NCBI GenBank assembly: GCA_036478295.1
Contig: JAZGDW010000301.1
Span: forward strand, 1-49,220
Reading direction: 5' to 3'
Origin: Candidatus Krumholzibacteriia bacterium
Lineage (GTDB): Bacteria; Krumholzibacteriota; Krumholzibacteriia; WVZY01
Length of the DNA stretch: 49,220 bases
This document shows positions 1-8,514 of the stretch, piece after piece. Below the pieces are notes generated by a model that searched no databases, was not told the origin of the DNA, and worked only from the letters and a program-made list of their open reading frames with translations. The position numbers and the translations under genes were made by a program. Position 1 is the first letter of the stretch. Each line of letters starts with the position of its first letter.

Positions 1-2
1 GC

Positions 3-149
3 CCTCTGCTGTGGCCCGAGGAATACCCGGACTCCCGCCTCCAGGCACTCCGCGCATTGAAGGGCACCCAGCTCTACGCGATGACGTATCTGTGCGACCC
101 GTCCGCCATGGGCGGGTCACGCCGTGAGGCGAGGATCGCGCGAAGGTAG
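3..149 (+). pseudogene. 3' end of a 5'-partial ORF resembling the ATPase-nuclease linker of a phage terminase large subunit; appears truncated
   Basis: Frame 3 reads PLLWPEEYPDSRLQALRALKGTQLYAMTYLCDPSAMGGSRREARIARR* with TAG at 147-149. The LWPE..........G...Y...Y..DP...GG pattern resembles terminase large subunits. It is not in the ORF track. Confidence 0.4.
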
Positions 150-227
150 CGCGGGTGGCAGCGAACGGGCGCCCGGCCGCGCGCAGCTTGCGAGCACGGA
201 CGGGCTGTTCGCTGACAGGACCCGCGC
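149..227. repeat. Structured ~75-bp repeat element, copy 1 (long imperfect hairpin)
   Basis: 154-226 aligns with 1229-1306. GCGCGGGT(149-156) pairs with ACCCGCGC(220-227), and CAGCGAACGG(159-168) pairs with CTGTTCGCTG(205-214). Confidence 0.8.
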
Positions 228-294
228 GGGCCGCAGGTGGCAACTATACATCGTGACACCCGGCGACAGGATTGGCACAGGACGTGGGTAACCG

Positions 295-1206
295 ATGAAG
301 AATTACAGAGACATAACGGGTGACGGCGGATCCAACGTTGTCGGCCAGGTCACCGAGCAACTCGATCGGGTCAACGCCCGCCTTGCCTCGGTGAGGCATA
401 TCGTGGCCGTCATGAGCGGCAAGGGGGGTGTCGGTAAGAGCTCTGTCGCGGTCAATCTCGCCTCGGCGCTGGCCGTGCAGGGAAGCGCCGTAGGTATCCT
501 GGACGCCGACATCAACGGCTCGACCGTCCCGAAGATGACCGGCGTGCGGGGACAACCTCTGCGGCGAGGCGCAACGGGGATGATTCCGCCTGTCAACTCG
601 CTGAATATGCCGGTGATGTCCATCGAACTGCTGCTGAGGGATGACCGTGCGCCCGTGCGGTGGAACGCGCCCACGCAGCAGGACGCGTATACGTGGCGTG
701 GCATGATGGAGATGGGCGCCATCCGGGAGTTTTTGTCCGATACGGAATGGGGAACGCTGGACTTTCTGTTTATCGATCTCCCGCCGGGTACCGACAAGCT
801 GCCGAACATCGTCGGCTTGCTCCCCCGCATCTCAGGAACGGTTGTGGTGACAATTCCATCGCATGTTTCGCAGTTCGTTGTCGCTAAGTCCATTCGCGTC
901 GCCAAAGAGCTGTTGAAAACGCCGGTGGTGGGCCTGGTAGAGAATATGTCCTCTTATGTTTGCCGGCACTGCGGTGAGGAAGAGACCTTGTTCCCCGGTG
1001 GAAACGTCGAGGGGATGGCCGCCGAGGAGAATGTGCCCTATCTGGGAAAAATCCCGTTTGACCCCAGGATCGCCGCCGCGGCCGATGAAGAGGTATCCTT
1101 TATGGTACAACACGGGGACACTCCCGCCGGCAAGGCCATCCACGGGATCGCCGATGGCATAAAGAAATTTGTCGAGCAGTCGGCGCCCAACGATCAGACC
1201 GGATGA
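295..1206 (+). CDS. mrp: Mrp/NBP35 (ApbC) family P-loop ATPase, Fe-S cluster carrier
   Basis: Deviant Walker A SGKGGVGKS, DADING, WRG, IDLPPGT and ENMS..VCRHC motifs. Confidence 0.93.
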   Translation: MKNYRDITGDGGSNVVGQVTEQLDRVNARLASVRHIVAVMSGKGGVGKSSVAVNLASALAVQGSAVGILDADINGSTVPKMTGVRGQPLRRGATGMIPPVNSLNMPVMSIELLLRDDRAPVRWNAPTQQDAYTWRGMMEMGAIREFLSDTEWGTLDFLFIDLPPGTDKLPNIVGLLPRISGTVVVTIPSHVSQFVVAKSIRVAKELLKTPVVGLVENMSSYVCRHCGEEETLFPGGNVEGMAAEENVPYLGKIPFDPRIAAAADEEVSFMVQHGDTPAGKAIHGIADGIKKFVEQSAPNDQTG

Positions 1207-1222
1207 CCTGAGTGAGTCGATT

Positions 1223-1309
1223 GCCACAGGTGGCGCCGAACGGGTGTGCCCCGAGCGCGCGCAGCGATAGCGAGCACGGATGGGCTGGCCGGCGACAGGA
1301 CCCGCGGCG
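1223..1309. repeat. Structured ~75-bp repeat element, copy 2
   Basis: Direct repeat of 154-226, sharing GGTGGC, CGAACGGG, GCGCGCAGC, GCGAGCACGGA, GGGCTG and GACAGGACCCGCG. CGCCG(1234-1238) pairs with CGGCG(1290-1294). Confidence 0.8.
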
Positions 1310-1335
1310 CTTTTGTTTAGTTATGGAGGTTGACA

Positions 1336-1845
1336 ATGAAATTCTTGTGCGTAGCGTGTGACGAGGCGATGAAGCTGAAGCGGACAGTGGGACCCGACGA
1401 AGGGTCCATGACGGTCATTTTTGGCTGCCCCGCGTGCGGCAGGGAGACGGCGATGTTGACCAACACGATGGAGACGCAAATGGTCCGGTCGCTCGGGGTG
1501 AAGATCGGGGGAAGGACCGTGCCCGCCGAGCCCATGGAGATGGTCCGCAACTCGCTGGCGCAAAGCACCAGGGAGACGCATGCTGCTGATACGCTGGCGG
1601 CGTCTCCGGCGGAAGGTTCGGAATCGAAATGCCCGTTCGCCGGCGTGATCGCGGACGCATATGCGCATGATGGTACGGCCGACGAAATTGCGTGGACAAA
1701 AGAAGCCGAGGAGCGCTTTGCACGCATCCCGTCCTTTGCCCAGCCCATGGTCAGAAAGGGCGTTGAACTGCATGCCCGTGAACGCGGCTATACTGAAATC
1801 AACGAGGCGGTGATGGAGGAAGCGAAGGGCAGGTTCGATACCTAG
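1336..1845 (+). CDS. N-terminal CxxC..CxxC (Zn-ribbon-like) protein with a C-terminal PCP_red (protochlorophyllide reductase C-terminal-like) domain
   Basis: GGAGG RBS at 1325-1329 and ATG at 1336. CVAC and CPAC pairs. C-terminal WTKEAEERFARIPSFAQPMVRKGVELHARERGYTEI fits the PCP_red pattern. Confidence 0.8.
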   Translation: MKFLCVACDEAMKLKRTVGPDEGSMTVIFGCPACGRETAMLTNTMETQMVRSLGVKIGGRTVPAEPMEMVRNSLAQSTRETHAADTLAASPAEGSESKCPFAGVIADAYAHDGTADEIAWTKEAEERFARIPSFAQPMVRKGVELHARERGYTEINEAVMEEAKGRFDT

Positions 1846-2339
1846 TGCGCCCCGAGACGTATGTTCTTTGGTTGCACATAGCCGCCATCGTCGTCTGGGT
1901 CGGTGGACTGTTCGCGGTCTCTTTTGTGCTCGTGCCCGTGCTCAGGCGCGGGATTGACTCGCAACAAGAGGTGGCCCGGCTTGTGACGATGGTGCTGCGC
2001 CGCTTTCAGCGGATCAGCCGGGAGCTCATTCTGCTCATCCTGCTGACGGGCATGTTCAATCTGATCAGTGCAGGGGTCGCACGCGGATTCAACTTCAGTG
2101 CTACGTACATCGTCATGCTGGTGATTAAAGTAACCTTGTTTGTGGTGATGGTAGCCATTCAAGCCTGGCAAGGTTTCCGTCTGGCCCCGGCGTTTGCGTC
2201 GCTCGTGTCGGGGACGGAGCAAACGGTGGTGCCCGGTGCCGTCAAGAGACTACGGCGGCGTGCCCTGGCCACGTCGATGTTGAACATGGTCCTGGCTGCG
2301 ACGGCGATTCTGCTGGGGCTCGGCCTGCGATACAGGTGA
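1845..2339 (+). CDS. CopD-like four-helix membrane protein
   Basis: LWLHIAAIVVWVGG motif and four hydrophobic segments. The GTG start overlaps the upstream stop. Confidence 0.65.
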   Translation: MRPETYVLWLHIAAIVVWVGGLFAVSFVLVPVLRRGIDSQQEVARLVTMVLRRFQRISRELILLILLTGMFNLISAGVARGFNFSATYIVMLVIKVTLFVVMVAIQAWQGFRLAPAFASLVSGTEQTVVPGAVKRLRRRALATSMLNMVLAATAILLGLGLRYR

Positions 2340-2415
2340 TACAAGAGAAACCAGAGCAAGATCGCTGCCTCGGCGTAGCGATACAATCACACCCTCAAGA
2401 CGAAAGGACACTGTC

Positions 2416-2916
2416 ATGACTCGTATTCTGTTATTCACCCTGCTCGCCGCCTGTCTGGCAGGCGGCATGCTCGCCTGCGGAGGCGGTGGTGACACCGAGC
2501 AGACGCAGCAAGCGACCTCGACACCGGCGTCCTCCAAGCCCGCGGTGCTCGAGATCGTCATCCGGCCCGTGGGCAATGAGATGAAATATCAAACCATCGA
2601 ATTCACCGTCAAGGCGGGACAGCGCGTCAAGGTCATCATGGACAATACCGCGACCGTGGAGGCGATGCAGCACAACGTGGTGATCACCAAACCCGGCACC
2701 AACACGAACGACGTCGGAATGGCCGCGGTACAGGCGGGAGAAGCGGCGGATTATATCCCGGAGCACGATGCGATTCTGTTCTATACCGCCATCGCCAAAC
2801 CAGGCGAAAAAACCGAAATCGAATTCACCGCGCCGGACCCGGGCGATTACCCCTACGTGTGCACGTTCCCGGGGCATTTCGCCCTCATGAAGGGCGTGAT
2901 GCATTCGGTTGAATAG
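2416..2916 (+). CDS. Blue copper (cupredoxin) lipoprotein, auracyanin/azurin-like
   Basis: Signal peptide with lipobox LAC. Complete type-1 Cu ligand set: HN and YPYVCTFPGHFALM. AAGGA RBS. Confidence 0.92.
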   Translation: MTRILLFTLLAACLAGGMLACGGGGDTEQTQQATSTPASSKPAVLEIVIRPVGNEMKYQTIEFTVKAGQRVKVIMDNTATVEAMQHNVVITKPGTNTNDVGMAAVQAGEAADYIPEHDAILFYTAIAKPGEKTEIEFTAPDPGDYPYVCTFPGHFALMKGVMHSVE

Positions 2917-2945
2917 TCGGCACCGCGACTGTATGAATCCGTGAG

Positions 2946-2975
2946 AAAGCCCCGGATCATTGATCCGGGGCTTTT
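2946..2975. terminator. Probable bidirectional intrinsic terminator between convergent genes
   Basis: AAAGCCCCGGATC-ATT-GATCCGGGGCTTT, a perfect 13-bp stem with A-rich and T-rich ends. Confidence 0.85.
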
Positions 2976-2976
2976 G

Positions 2977-3339
2977 TCATTGGATGTTGATTTCAGGCAT
3001 GGACTTCCACTTGGGCTCGCCCTGTGGCTTGAAGTTCTGCGTGGCGATGAAGTTCCAGCCCTCATGAAAGTTGAGCTTGAATTTGCCGCCGCCGAAATTT
3101 TCCAGCAGATATTCCATGGGATCGTGGATTAATCCCATCATTTTCTCCCGTTCATACCGGGCCAATACTTTGAATCGAACGGAGCTTTGCCAGGGTTCCT
3201 GTACCAATACGGTAACGGTCGATTCGCTCAGGAGCCGCATGAAGGCGTGTTGCACCTCGTCGTCGGTGGGATCTTTCTTGCCGGTCCGCTCAAGCTGCTT
3301 GTGGACATAACGCTTGTACAGTTCCCAAACCCATTCCAT
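2977..3339 (-). CDS. Hypothetical 120-aa soluble protein, divergent from the bd-like oxidase operon
   Basis: GGAGG RBS 6 nt before ATG. Natural protein composition (GGGKFKLNFHEGWNF). Ends at the bidirectional terminator. Confidence 0.8.
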   Translation of the reverse strand: MEWVWELYKRYVHKQLERTGKKDPTDDEVQHAFMRLLSESTVTVLVQEPWQSSVRFKVLARYEREKMMGLIHDPMEYLLENFGGGKFKLNFHEGWNFIATQNFKPQGEPKWKSMPEINIQ

Positions 3340-3522
3340 CGCATGCCTCCTCTATACTGCAATTCTTTGGGTGATGATAAAGCATGATCTCGTGTCGATC
3401 ATCTTTTTGTTTTGACATTTCAATTCTTTCTTGATAAATGAGGGGAACCTACTCTGCTCCCTCGGCTCGATTTGTCGTGATAACAGACTCTCGACACTGC
3501 ACAGGGAAGGCCTGACAGACCC

Positions 3523-5313
3523 ATGACCGTCGCCCGCCGGATCACGTCCAGAAAGTTCTTCGTTCTCGTCATTGCTGTATTCGCCTTCGCGCTCACGCTT
3601 GCGTGGGTGGCCGCCTCTAGCGATTTGGCGTCCGCGGCTGGTCAGGAAACCGCCCGGTCACCGGGGGTTGATTCGAGGGGAGAGGTCGAATATCGGGCCT
3701 TTCCGTTCGTGGGGAGCCGGGTCATCGTTTGGGTCTTTGCCCAGCTGCACTTGATGTTCGCTGCCTTCGTGCTGGCCGTCCCCATGTTCGCACTCATTAT
3801 CGAGTTTATCGGATACAAGAGCGGCGACAAGAAGTACGACGACCTTGCGCACGAATTCACAAAGTTGCTTTCCGTGTCGTTTTCTTTTACGGCGGCACTG
3901 GGAGCCAGCCTCACCTTCTTGTTGATGTTCCTCTATCCCAAGTTCATGAACTATCTGTTGTCCATCTTCGGTTGGACGTTTCTTCCCTACGCGCTTCTCT
4001 TCTTCGGTGAGGCGGTGTTCCTGTATAGCTACTACTACGGGTGGGGAAAGTTTTCACCGAGAGTCCACATGTTGCTCGGCCTCGGCCTGAACCTCGTCGG
4101 CGTAATGATCCTATTCGTGGCCGACGCGTGGCTTACTTTTATGACGACACCCGGCGGCGTCCGGGAGACGGGGGAGTTACTGAGTCTATGGGGTGCCATC
4201 AACAATTACACGTGGATGCCCATCAACATACACCGCCTGATTGCGAACGTGGCATTCGGGGGGTCCATCGCAGCCGCATACGGCGCTTTCAGATTTCTCG
4301 GGGCACGCTCGGACGATGAACGGGCCCACTACGACTGGATGGGATACGTCGGCAACTTTGTCGCCATCTGCGCTTTCTTGCCCCTTCCGTTCGCGGGCTA
4401 CTGGCTCGGCAAGGAGATATACGCTTTTTCGCAGAATCTCGGTATGACCCTTATGGGCGGCGCCTTCTCGTGGCTGTTCATCATTCAGGCAGTTCTCATC
4501 GGAATGCTGTTTCTCGCGGCGAACTTCTACCTGTGGATCGGTATGGAGAGGATCGAGGGGGCGCAGCGCTACAAGAGGTTTATAAAATACCTGCTGGCGT
4601 CGATCACCGTGTGCTTCATCGTGTGGGCAACCCCGCACTCCATGGTAGCGACCATCGAGGAGGCGCGGAAGATGGGCGGCGCTCACCATCCAATGTTGAG
4701 CGTGCTCGGCGTGATGTCGGCCAAGAACACGGCGGTGAATGTCCTTATCCTGACGACTTACATTAGTTTCTTGTTGTACAGGCGGAGCAACAAGGAGGCA
4801 ACGGTAACGTGGGCCCGGGCGGGCAACACGATTCAATTTGTCATTTTTGCCCTTACGACTGTTTTTGTCATTTTCTTGGGGGTGTACGGTTACTTTGTGG
4901 AAGCCAAAGTGCGCATTCTCCTGTCGGTACCGCAGGTGCTATCCGTGCTCTTTACCATGATTGTCGTGACGGGCCTCGACGTGTTCATGTACAAGGGCGC
5001 CCGCATTACAGGCTCGATCAACTGGGGCAAGATGCCCGCGAGATCCCAGTACGCTTTATTCTTTATTACGGTAACTTTCGCGTGGATGATGGGACTCATG
5101 GGGTACGCGCGCTCGGGGATCCGGCAGCATTGGCACGTTTACGGTGTGATGCGTGATACGTCTCCTGACGCGTTCACGCCGACGCTTGGGTTCGCAGCGA
5201 ACGTCGTTTCCGTAACAGTCTTGATTTTCTTTTTCTTCATTGCCGTCGTGTTCTGGCTCTCCAGTCTTTCCGGCAAGAAGGACTGGGAGGCGACAGCGGA
5301 GAGTACGTCGTGA
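3523..5313 (+). CDS. Cytochrome bd-like oxidase subunit I (CydA superfamily, non-canonical, Nitrospira/OR-N-like)
   Basis: Polytopic membrane protein with AQLHLMFAAF, IHRLIAN and a GIRQHWHVYG variant of the CydA GRQPWxVYG motif. No recognisable Q-loop and no cydB downstream. Confidence 0.85.
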   Translation: MTVARRITSRKFFVLVIAVFAFALTLAWVAASSDLASAAGQETARSPGVDSRGEVEYRAFPFVGSRVIVWVFAQLHLMFAAFVLAVPMFALIIEFIGYKSGDKKYDDLAHEFTKLLSVSFSFTAALGASLTFLLMFLYPKFMNYLLSIFGWTFLPYALLFFGEAVFLYSYYYGWGKFSPRVHMLLGLGLNLVGVMILFVADAWLTFMTTPGGVRETGELLSLWGAINNYTWMPINIHRLIANVAFGGSIAAAYGAFRFLGARSDDERAHYDWMGYVGNFVAICAFLPLPFAGYWLGKEIYAFSQNLGMTLMGGAFSWLFIIQAVLIGMLFLAANFYLWIGMERIEGAQRYKRFIKYLLASITVCFIVWATPHSMVATIEEARKMGGAHHPMLSVLGVMSAKNTAVNVLILTTYISFLLYRRSNKEATVTWARAGNTIQFVIFALTTVFVIFLGVYGYFVEAKVRILLSVPQVLSVLFTMIVVTGLDVFMYKGARITGSINWGKMPARSQYALFFITVTFAWMMGLMGYARSGIRQHWHVYGVMRDTSPDAFTPTLGFAANVVSVTVLIFFFFIAVVFWLSSLSGKKDWEATAESTS

Positions 5314-6128
5314 AAATCGCGTTGAAGGTAGCGCTCCTGACGGTTCTGGCTACGGCGTTTTATACGTATGTCGGCCACATGGTTCCTCAAAAGATCACGT
5401 ACCCTCCGGAGTCCGTGGAACTGCGGGCGGATATGACGACGGAGGAAATGGTGCGCGTCGGTGAGGAAATCGTCGGTGGTAAAGGGACGTGCCTTGGTTG
5501 CCATACGATCGGTTCGCACGAGGCGGGGAGATTTCCCGATCTCGGTGGTATCGGTGCAAAGGCGGGAAGCCGAAGAGAAGGGATGAGCGACGTAGAATAC
5601 CTAGCAGAGTCACTGTACGATCCTGGCGCCTACATTGTCGAAGGATTCAATCCCGGTATGATTCCTGTGAGCAAACCCCCGGTCAGTCTTACCGACCAGG
5701 AGATCCTCGCGGTTATCGCTTACCTGCAGAGCCTGGGTTCGACACCGACGGTCACCATGCAGACGAAGCTCGAGTATGCCGGAGCCGCTGCGAGTATCCC
5801 GCCGGGAACCGCGACATCCGCGGTACCGGCGGCAGGTACCGGTGGTCAAAGCGGGCAGGAGCTGGTTACGGCATATGGCTGTGTCGGGTGCCACAGCCTG
5901 GACACGCCCGACAAGATACTCGGGCCGAGTCTGTACGATGTAGGAAACAGGCTGTCCCTGGCAGAGCTGTATGAGTCGATCATGGATCCGGACGCAACCA
6001 TCGCGGAGGGTTACCAGCCGGGACTCATGACTGCGACACTCGGTGCGGTGAAGTTCTATGACAAGGTCTCCGCCGGCGAGCTCAAGACCATAGTCGACTA
6101 CCTCGCTGCCCGGAAGGGGAACGAATGA
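5310..6128 (+). CDS. Membrane-anchored dihaem cytochrome c
   Basis: CLGCH and CVGCH in two homologous domains (ESLYDPGAYIVEGF / ESIMDPDATIAEGY). N-terminal hydrophobic anchor. GTGA overlap. Confidence 0.92.
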   Translation: MKIALKVALLTVLATAFYTYVGHMVPQKITYPPESVELRADMTTEEMVRVGEEIVGGKGTCLGCHTIGSHEAGRFPDLGGIGAKAGSRREGMSDVEYLAESLYDPGAYIVEGFNPGMIPVSKPPVSLTDQEILAVIAYLQSLGSTPTVTMQTKLEYAGAAASIPPGTATSAVPAAGTGGQSGQELVTAYGCVGCHSLDTPDKILGPSLYDVGNRLSLAELYESIMDPDATIAEGYQPGLMTATLGAVKFYDKVSAGELKTIVDYLAARKGNE

Positions 6129-6937
6129 ACGTTCCCGTTGTCCTCGTGGGTATCGCCGTGATGGTGGCACTCCGCTTCGTGAAGCCCAACACGCTGACCT
6201 GGCTGGCGGCGTGGTGGGTCGTCGTCTACGCGGCCGTGAGGTTCGGTGTTGTACCTCCGCTGCCGTCGTCGATCGTCAACATGTTCATGGCGATTGTCAC
6301 CGCGGGGCTGCTGACGTACCTGTTCGCCGATTCGGAGCGACTCGAGAACACGAAGCGTCTTCTCGTAAAGTTTCTGGTCGACAGGCAGTATTCGAAGCTA
6401 CTGATGGTGGTCGTATTGGTGCTGCCGCTTGCGGTGGCCCTGAAGGTCTACGTCGGTTTGTCGCAAGGTGTGCGGCCGCCGACCATCGCAAGGACCATAC
6501 ATCCAGCGCCACCGGAGACGATCAGGTTCGGAGACAAAGAAATCGATCTCGTGGGCGGCGTCAATCCGTACCGGCAACTGGAGGACAGCGACCCGAATCG
6601 TTTCGCAGAGCACGTGGAGAACGGCGGTCGCGTGTACTACCAGAATTGTGTCTTCTGCCACGGCGACGACATGGAAGGGCAAGGTATTTTCGCCCACGCC
6701 CTGGATCCCATTCCCGCCAATTTTGCCGAACCAACCACGATAGCGATGCTGCAGGAAACGTATCTGTTCTGGCGAATCGCCGAGGGTGCCCCCGGACTGC
6801 CCTCGGAATCGACGCCCTGGTCATCGGCCATGCCCGCGTGGGAACAGTTTCTCACCGAGGAGGAGATCTGGGATGTCATCCTCTTCCTCTATGACCACAC
6901 GGGACAACGGCCCCGGGCAACGGAGCACGTGGAATGA
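6125..6937 (+). CDS. Membrane-bound monohaem cytochrome c
   Basis: About 4 N-terminal TM segments, CVFCH and SAMPAW distal Met. ATGA overlap. Confidence 0.92.
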   Translation: MNVPVVLVGIAVMVALRFVKPNTLTWLAAWWVVVYAAVRFGVVPPLPSSIVNMFMAIVTAGLLTYLFADSERLENTKRLLVKFLVDRQYSKLLMVVVLVLPLAVALKVYVGLSQGVRPPTIARTIHPAPPETIRFGDKEIDLVGGVNPYRQLEDSDPNRFAEHVENGGRVYYQNCVFCHGDDMEGQGIFAHALDPIPANFAEPTTIAMLQETYLFWRIAEGAPGLPSESTPWSSAMPAWEQFLTEEEIWDVILFLYDHTGQRPRATEHVE

Positions 6938-8514
6938 CGCGAGGATTCGTTCTCATATGTTTGCTCATTCTCACCGCCGGGGTGTGCCGTGCTCAGGACC
7001 CGGACATGGGAACCGAGGCGCAACGCGAAGCGGGCAAGGTTATCTACGAACAAAAGTGCGCCCAGTGTCACGGCGACAACGGGGATGGCAACGGCGTCGC
7101 CGCTGCCTTCTTCAGACCGGCGCCCCGCGACTTGACTGCCGCCACGTACAAGATCCGGACGACGGAGAGTGGCGCGCTGCCGACAGACGACGATTTGAAG
7201 GCGGTCATCCGCAATGGGATGCCGTATACCGGCATGCCTGCGTGGCCCGGGCTGAGCCAGGATGAATTGTCCACCGTTGTCTATTATATAAAGACGTTTG
7301 TCGAAGATTTTGCCGACCCGGAAGCAACAGGACCGGTGATCAAGATACCAAGAGCGCCGAAGTTCAGCGAAGCGTCTGCGCAACGGGGCCAGGAGTTGTA
7401 CGAGGAAAACAAGTGCGCGGACTGCCACGGAACGCTCGGCCGCGGATATGGCAAGTCAAGTGCCACCTTGAAAGACGACTGGGACCAGCCGATTAGTCCG
7501 GCAGATCTGACGAAACGGTGGACGTTTCGGGGAGGTTCGACGAGGGAGGACATCTATCGGACGTTCACGACCGGACTCAACGGCACGCCGATGCCGTCTT
7601 ACGCCGATCTCATCGAGACGGAAGACCGGTGGCACCTGGTCGACTACGTCTACTCTTTCTCCCGGGACGAGCCGGAATACTCGACGGTCGTCGTCGCGAG
7701 TGGCATAGAGACCGAGATCGACCTCGACCAAGGCGAAACGCTCTTCGAGGATGCCCCGCCGGCGTTTTTCCCCGTCGTGGGTCAGGTCATCGAGCCGGGC
7801 CGCAACTTCTATCCCAGCGCGAATGCGGTCGAGGTCAGGGCCGTTTACAACGCGACCGAGATCGCCATCATGCTCGTTTGGCACGACATGACCGGCGAAA
7901 CGTCGGGCACGAACGGCCCGTCCATGCCGGTGCCGAGATTCGATCCCGATGCGGAGCAAGAAGCCGGCGCGGTGTACTCCGACGCCGTGGCCATCCAGAC
8001 GCCGTCGAAAAACCTGCCCGGCTCCGTGAAACCGTATTTTCTCTTTGGCGACACGAAAAACGCCGCGGATATCTGGTTCGCAGATCTGGCAAAGGACCAG
8101 GGGGAGCTCTTTGTCGGTCGGGGGAGTCAGAATATCGAGGGCGGGCAAGAAACCATTCCTGTCAAATCGACCTACAAAGACGGGGCATGGAACGTCATCT
8201 TCAAGCGGAGTCGGTTTCCGGCGGATGGACTGTCGTTCGATGAGGGGAGTTTCGTTCCGGTGGCGTTCGCCATCTGGGACGGTTTCGCCGGGGAACGGGG
8301 TAACAAACGCGGTGTGACGTCGTGGTATCACTTGTACCTGCAGCCTCTTCGTGAAGACTCCAAGGCGATCCCCGTCGCGGGTTACGGTATCCTGGCGCTG
8401 TTGGTCGAACTGGTGGTGATCCAGGTCGTGAGAAAAAGAAACGGCGCGAGTCCCCGGCGGCATGGGGAGACCGAGGTTGCGGTACGCGTAAACGACAAAG
8501 GAGGCCTGTCGTGA
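6934..8514 (+). CDS. Dihaem cytochrome c fused to an ethylbenzene-dehydrogenase-gamma-like (EB_dh/DOMON) domain with a C-terminal TM anchor
   Basis: CAQCH..GMP and CADCH..PMP. C-terminal SDAVAIQ, GAWNVIFKR and VAFAIWDG..GERG motifs typical of EB_dh domains. Confidence 0.88.
   Translation: MTRGFVLICLLILTAGVCRAQDPDMGTEAQREAGKVIYEQKCAQCHGDNGDGNGVAAAFFRPAPRDLTAATYKIRTTESGALPTDDDLKAVIRNGMPYTGMPAWPGLSQDELSTVVYYIKTFVEDFADPEATGPVIKIPRAPKFSEASAQRGQELYEENKCADCHGTLGRGYGKSSATLKDDWDQPISPADLTKRWTFRGGSTREDIYRTFTTGLNGTPMPSYADLIETEDRWHLVDYVYSFSRDEPEYSTVVVASGIETEIDLDQGETLFEDAPPAFFPVVGQVIEPGRNFYPSANAVEVRAVYNATEIAIMLVWHDMTGETSGTNGPSMPVPRFDPDAEQEAGAVYSDAVAIQTPSKNLPGSVKPYFLFGDTKNAADIWFADLAKDQGELFVGRGSQNIEGGQETIPVKSTYKDGAWNVIFKRSRFPADGLSFDEGSFVPVAFAIWDGFAGERGNKRGVTSWYHLYLQPLREDSKAIPVAGYGILALLVELVVIQVVRKRNGASPRRHGETEVAVRVNDKGGLS

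Noticed and set aside
273..288. Sigma-54-like TGGCAC upstream of mrp
   Set aside because: The -12 position reads GG rather than GC, and the implied TSS would fall inside the gene.
3412..3423. FNR box upstream of the oxidase operon
   Set aside because: The spacing is TTGA-N4-TCAA, two bases short of TTGAT-N4-ATCAA.
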